Made by a program: the position numbers and the translations under genes
The notes under the pieces: generated by a model
Told to the model about the DNA's origin: nothing
The model's database searches: none
Seen by the model: only the letters and a program-made list of their open reading frames with translations
From: Eledone cirrhosa
Lineage: Eukaryota
Assembly: GCA_964016885.1 (NCBI GenBank)
Contig: OZ024744.1
Location: forward strand, 132,494,001 to 132,558,000
Reading direction: 5' to 3'
Length of the DNA stretch: 64,000 nt
Shown here: one piece after another, positions 59,775 through 64,000 of the stretch
Layout of the letters: each line of letters starts with the position of its first letter
How positions within the stretch are numbered: the first letter of the stretch is position 1

Positions 59775-62700
59775 AGTCGGAGTTAAGTTAAGTTGGGGTT
59801 AAGTTAAGTTAGGCTTAACTTAAGTTGGGGTTAAGTTAAGTTGGGGGTAAGTTAAGTTGGGGGTAAGTTAAGTTGGGGTTAAGTTAAGTTGGGGTTAAGA
59901 TAAGTGGTGGTTATGTTAAGTTGAGGTTAAGTTAAGTTAGGGTTAAATTAAGTTGGGGTTAAGTTAAGTTGGGTGTAAGTTAAGTTGGGGTTGAGTGAAG
60001 TTGGGGTTAAGTTAAGTTGGGGTTAAGTAGAGTTGGGGTTAAGTTAAGTTGGGGTTAAGTTAAGTTGGTGTTAAGTTGGGGTTAAGTTAAGTTGGGGTTA
60101 AGTTGGGGTTAAGTTAAGTGGTGGTTATGTTAAGTTGGGGTTAACTTAAGTTGGGGTTAATTTAAATTGGGGTTAAGTTAACTTTGTGGTTAAGTTAAGT
60201 TGGGGTTAAGTTAAGTTGGGGTTAAATTAAGTTGGGGTTGAGTGAAGTTGGGGTTAAGTTAAGTTGGGGTTAAGTTAAGTTGGGGTTAACTTAAGTTGGG
60301 TTTAAGTTAAGTTGCGGTTAAGTTAAGTTGGGGTTAAGTTAAGTTGGGGTTAAGTTAAGTCGGGGTTAATTTAAGTTGGGGTTGAGTTAAGTTGGGGTTA
60401 ATTTAAGTTGAGGTTATGTTAAGTTGGGGTTAATTTAAGTTGGGGTTAAGTTAAGTTGGGGTTAAGTTAAGTTGGGGTTAATTTAAGTTGGGATTAAGTT
60501 CAGTTGGGGTTAAATTAAGTTGGGGTTCAGTTAAGCTGGGGTTAAATTAAGTTGGGGTTAAGTTAAGTTGGGGTTAAGTTAAGTTGGGGTTAAGTTAAGT
60601 TAGGGTTAATTTAAGTTGGGGTTATGTTAAGTTGGGGTTAAGTTAAGTTGGGGTTAAGTCGAGTTGGGGTTAAGTTAAGTTGGGGTTAGTTAAGTTGAGT
60701 TTAAGTTAAGTTGGGGTTAATTTAAGTTGGGGTTAAGTTAAGTTGGGGTTCAGTTAAGTTCGGGTTAAGTTAAGTTGGGGTTAAGTTAAGTTGGTTTAAG
60801 TTAAGTTGGGGTTAGGTTAAGTTGGGGATAAGTTAAGTTGGGGATAAGCTAAGTTGGGGTTAAGTTAAGTTGGGTTTAAGTTAAGTTGGGGTTAAGTTAA
60901 GTTAGGCTTAACTTAAGTTGGGGTTAAGTTAAGTTGGGGGTAAATTAAGTTGGGGGTAAGTTAAGTTGGGGTTAAGTTAAGTTGGGGTTAAGTTAAGTGG
61001 TGGTTATGTTAAGTTGGGGTTAAGTTAAGTTGGGGTTAAATTAAGTTGGGGTTAAGTTATGTTGGGTGTAAGTTAAGTTGGGGTTGAGTGAAGTTGGGGT
61101 TAAGTTAAGTTGGGGTTAAGTTAAGTTAGGGTTAATTTAAGTTGGGGTTATGTTAAGTTGGGGTTAATTTAAGTTGGGGTTAAGTAGAGTTGTGGTTAAG
61201 TTAAGTTGGGGTTAAGTTAAGTTGGTGTTAAGTTGGGGTTAAGTTAAGTTGGGGTTAAGTTAAGTCGGGGTTAAGTTAAGTTGGGGTTGAGTTAAGTTGG
61301 GGTTAATTTAAGTTGAGGTTATGTTAAGTTGGGGTTAATTTAAGTTGGGGTTAATTTAAGTTGGGGTTAAGTTAAGTTGGGGTTAAGTTGAGGTTAAGTT
61401 AAGTTGTGGTTAAGTTAAGTTGGGGCTAAGTTAAGTTGGGGCTAAGTTAAGTTGGGGCTAAGTTAAGTTGGGGTTAAGTTAAGTTGGGGTTAAGTTAAGT
61501 TGGGTTTAATTTAATTTGGGGTCAACTTAAGTTGGGGTTAAGTTGAGTTGGGGTTAAATTAAGTTGGGGTTAATTTAAGTTGGGGCTAAGTTAAGTTGGG
61601 GCTGAGTTAAGTTGGGGTTAAGTTAAGTTGGGGTTAAGTTAAGTTGGGGTTAAGTTAATTTTGGGTTAAGTTAAGTTGTGGTTCAGTTAAGTTGGGGTTA
61701 AGTTAAGTTTGGGTTAATTTGGGGTTAAATTAAGTTGGGGTTAAGTTAAGTTGGGGTTAAGTTAAGTTGGGGTTAAGTTAAGTTGGGGTTAATTTAAGTT
61801 GGGGTTAAGTTAAGTCGGGGTTAAGTTAAGTCGGTGTTAAGTTAAGTTAGGGTTAAGTTAAGTTGGGGTTAAGTTAAGTTGGCTTTAAGTTAAGCTGGGG
61901 TTAAGTTAAGTTGGGGTTAAATTAAGTTGGGGTTAAGTTAAGTTGGGGTTAGGTTAAGTTTGGGTTAGGTTAAGTTGGGGTTAAATTAAGTTGGGGTTAA
62001 GTTAAGTTGGGGTTAAGTTAAGTTGGGGTTAGGTTAAGTTGGGGATAAGTTAAGTTGGGGATAATTTAAGTTGGGGTTAAGTTAAGTTGGGTTTAAGTTA
62101 AGCTGGGGTTAAGTTAAGTTGGGGTTAAATTAAGTTGGGGTTAAGTTAAGTTGGGGTTAAGTTAAGTTTGGGTTAGGTTAAGTTGGGGATTAGTTAAGTT
62201 GGGGATAAGTTAAGTTGGGGTTAAGTTAAGTTGGGTTTAAGTTAAGTTGTGGTTAAGTTAAGTTGGGGTTAAGTTAAGTTGGGGCTTAAGTTAAGTTGGG
62301 GTTAGGTTAAGTTGGGGATAAGTTAAGTTGGGGATAATTTAAGTTGGGGTTAAGTTAAGTTGGGTTTAAGTTAAGCTGGGGTTAAGTTAAGTTGGGGTTA
62401 AATTAAGTTGGGGTTAAGTTAAGTTGGGGTTAAGTTAAGTTTGGGTTAGGTTAAGTTGGGGATTAGTTAAGTTGGGGATAAGTTAAGTTGGGGTTAAGTT
62501 AAGTTGGGTTTAAGTTAAGTTGTGGTTAAGTTAAGCTGGGGTTAAGTTAAGTTGGGGTTAAATTAAGTTGGGGTTAATTTAAGTTGGGGTTAAGTTAAGT
62601 TGGGGTTCAGTTAAGTTGGGGATAAGTCAAGTTGGGGTTAAGTTAAGTTGGGGTTAAGTTAAGTTGGGGTTAGGTTAAGTTGGGGATAAATTAAGTTGGG

Positions 62701-62847
62701 GATAAGCTAAGTTGGGGTTAAGTTAAGTTGGGTTTAAGTTAAGTTGGGGTTAAGTTAAGTTGGGGTTAAATTAAGTTGGAGATAAGTTAAGCTGGGGTTA
62801 AATTAAGTTGGGGTTAAGTTAAGTTGGGGTTAGGTTAAGTTGGGGTT

Positions 62848-63143
62848 AACCCCAACTTAACTTAACCCCAACTTAACTTAGCCCCAACTTCACTCAACCC
62901 CAACTTAACTTAACCCCAACTTCACTCAACCCCAACTTAACTCAACCCCAACTTAATTTAACCCCAACTTAACTTAACCCTAACTTAACTTAACCCCGAC
63001 TTAACTTAACCCCGACTTAACTTAACCCCAACTTAACTTAACCCCAACTTAACTTAACCCCAACTTAACTTAATCCCAACTTGACTTAACCCCAACTTAA
63101 CGCACACCCAACTTAACTTACCCCCAACTTAACTTAACCCCAA
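62848..63143 (-). repeat. Inverted 16-mer cassette (last type)
   Basis: Contains TTAGCCCC; closes CCAAAATCGGAGTTACG. Confidence 0.93.
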
Positions 63144-64000
63144 AATCGGAGTTACGTTAAGTTGGGGTTAAGTTAAGTTAGGCTTAACTTAAGTTGGGCT
63201 TAAGTTAAGTTGGGGGTAAGTTAAGTTGGGGGTAAGTTAAGTTGGGGTTAATTTAAGTTGGGGTTAAGTTAAGTGGTGGTTATGTTAAGTTGGGGTTAAG
63301 TTAAGTTGGGGTTAAATTAAGTTGGGGTTAAGTTAAGTTGGGTGTAAGTTAAGTTGGGGTTGAGTGAAGTTGGGGTTAAGTTAAGTTGGGGTTAAGTAGA
63401 GTTGGGGTTAAGTTAAGTTGGGGTTAAGTTAAGTTGGTGTTAAGTTGGGGTTAAGTTAAGTTGGGGTTAAGTTGGGGTTAAGTTAAGTGGTGGTTATGTT
63501 AAGTTGGGGTTAACTTAAGTTGGGGTTAATTTAAATTGGGGTTAAGTTAACTTTGTGGTTAAGTTAAGTTGGGGTTAAGTTAAGTTGGGGTTAAGTTAAG
63601 TTGGGGTTGAGGGAAGTTGGGGTTAAGTTAAGTTGGGGTTAACTTAAGTTGGGTTTAACTTAAGTTGCGGTTAAGTTAAGTTAGGGTTAAGTTAAGTTGG
63701 GGTTAAGTTAAGTCGGGGTTAAGTTAAGTTGGGGTTGAGTTAAGTTGGGGTTAATTTAAGTTGAGGTTATGTTAAGTTGGGGTTAATTTAAGTTGGGGTT
63801 AAGTTAAGTTGGGGTTAAGTTAAGTTGGGGTTAATTTAAGTTGGGGTTAAGTTCAGTTGGGGTTAATTTAAGTTGGGGTTAAGTTAAGTTGGGTTTAAGT
63901 TAAGTTGGGGTTAAATTAAGTTGGGGTTAAATTAAGTTGGGGTTAAGTTAAGTTGGGGTTAGGTTAAGTTGGGGATAAGTTAAGTTGGGGATAAGCTAAG

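Larger units (their letters stand above)
53013..64000 (+). repeat. Satellite B array 3 (truncated by window end; 6 inverted cassettes seen)
   Basis: Same 16-mer and variant strings; contains a 3400-bp tandem duplication. Confidence 0.97.

Noticed and set aside
53013-64000. A true chromosome-terminal telomere
   Set aside because: Equivalent arrays in this window are flanked on both sides by satellite A, and variant strings are copied between arrays, which indicates recombinational amplification rather than fresh telomerase synthesis.

Overview
The whole 64 kb is non-coding, eukaryote-like satellite DNA. I found no credible genes, RNA genes, CRISPR arrays or transposase-coding elements. Two unrelated satellites alternate. 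Satellite A is AT-rich, with ~570-870 bp monomers (commonly 731 or ~766 bp) built from a ~35-36 bp subrepeat carrying the 18-bp palindrome AGGTTTTTCGAAAAACCT. Satellite B is a G-rich, telomere-like 16-mer, (TTAAG)2TTGGGG. The order is A(1-~7801) B(~7802-23921) A(~23922-27424) B(~27425-46888) A(~46889-53012) B(~53013-end). All three A->B junctions fall at the same position, as do both B->A junctions, so the real repeat unit is a ~20-26 kb composite macro-repeat. Each B array holds 6-8 short inverted (C-rich) cassettes, 21 in total. Eighteen open at an in-register GGGGTT|AACCCC palindrome, and all 21 close on one shared scar, CCAAA(G/A)TCGGAG. Satellite A shows copy-specific templated fold-back insertions. 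Coordinates were read by eye and may be off by a few bases. The organism cannot be determined from the sequence.
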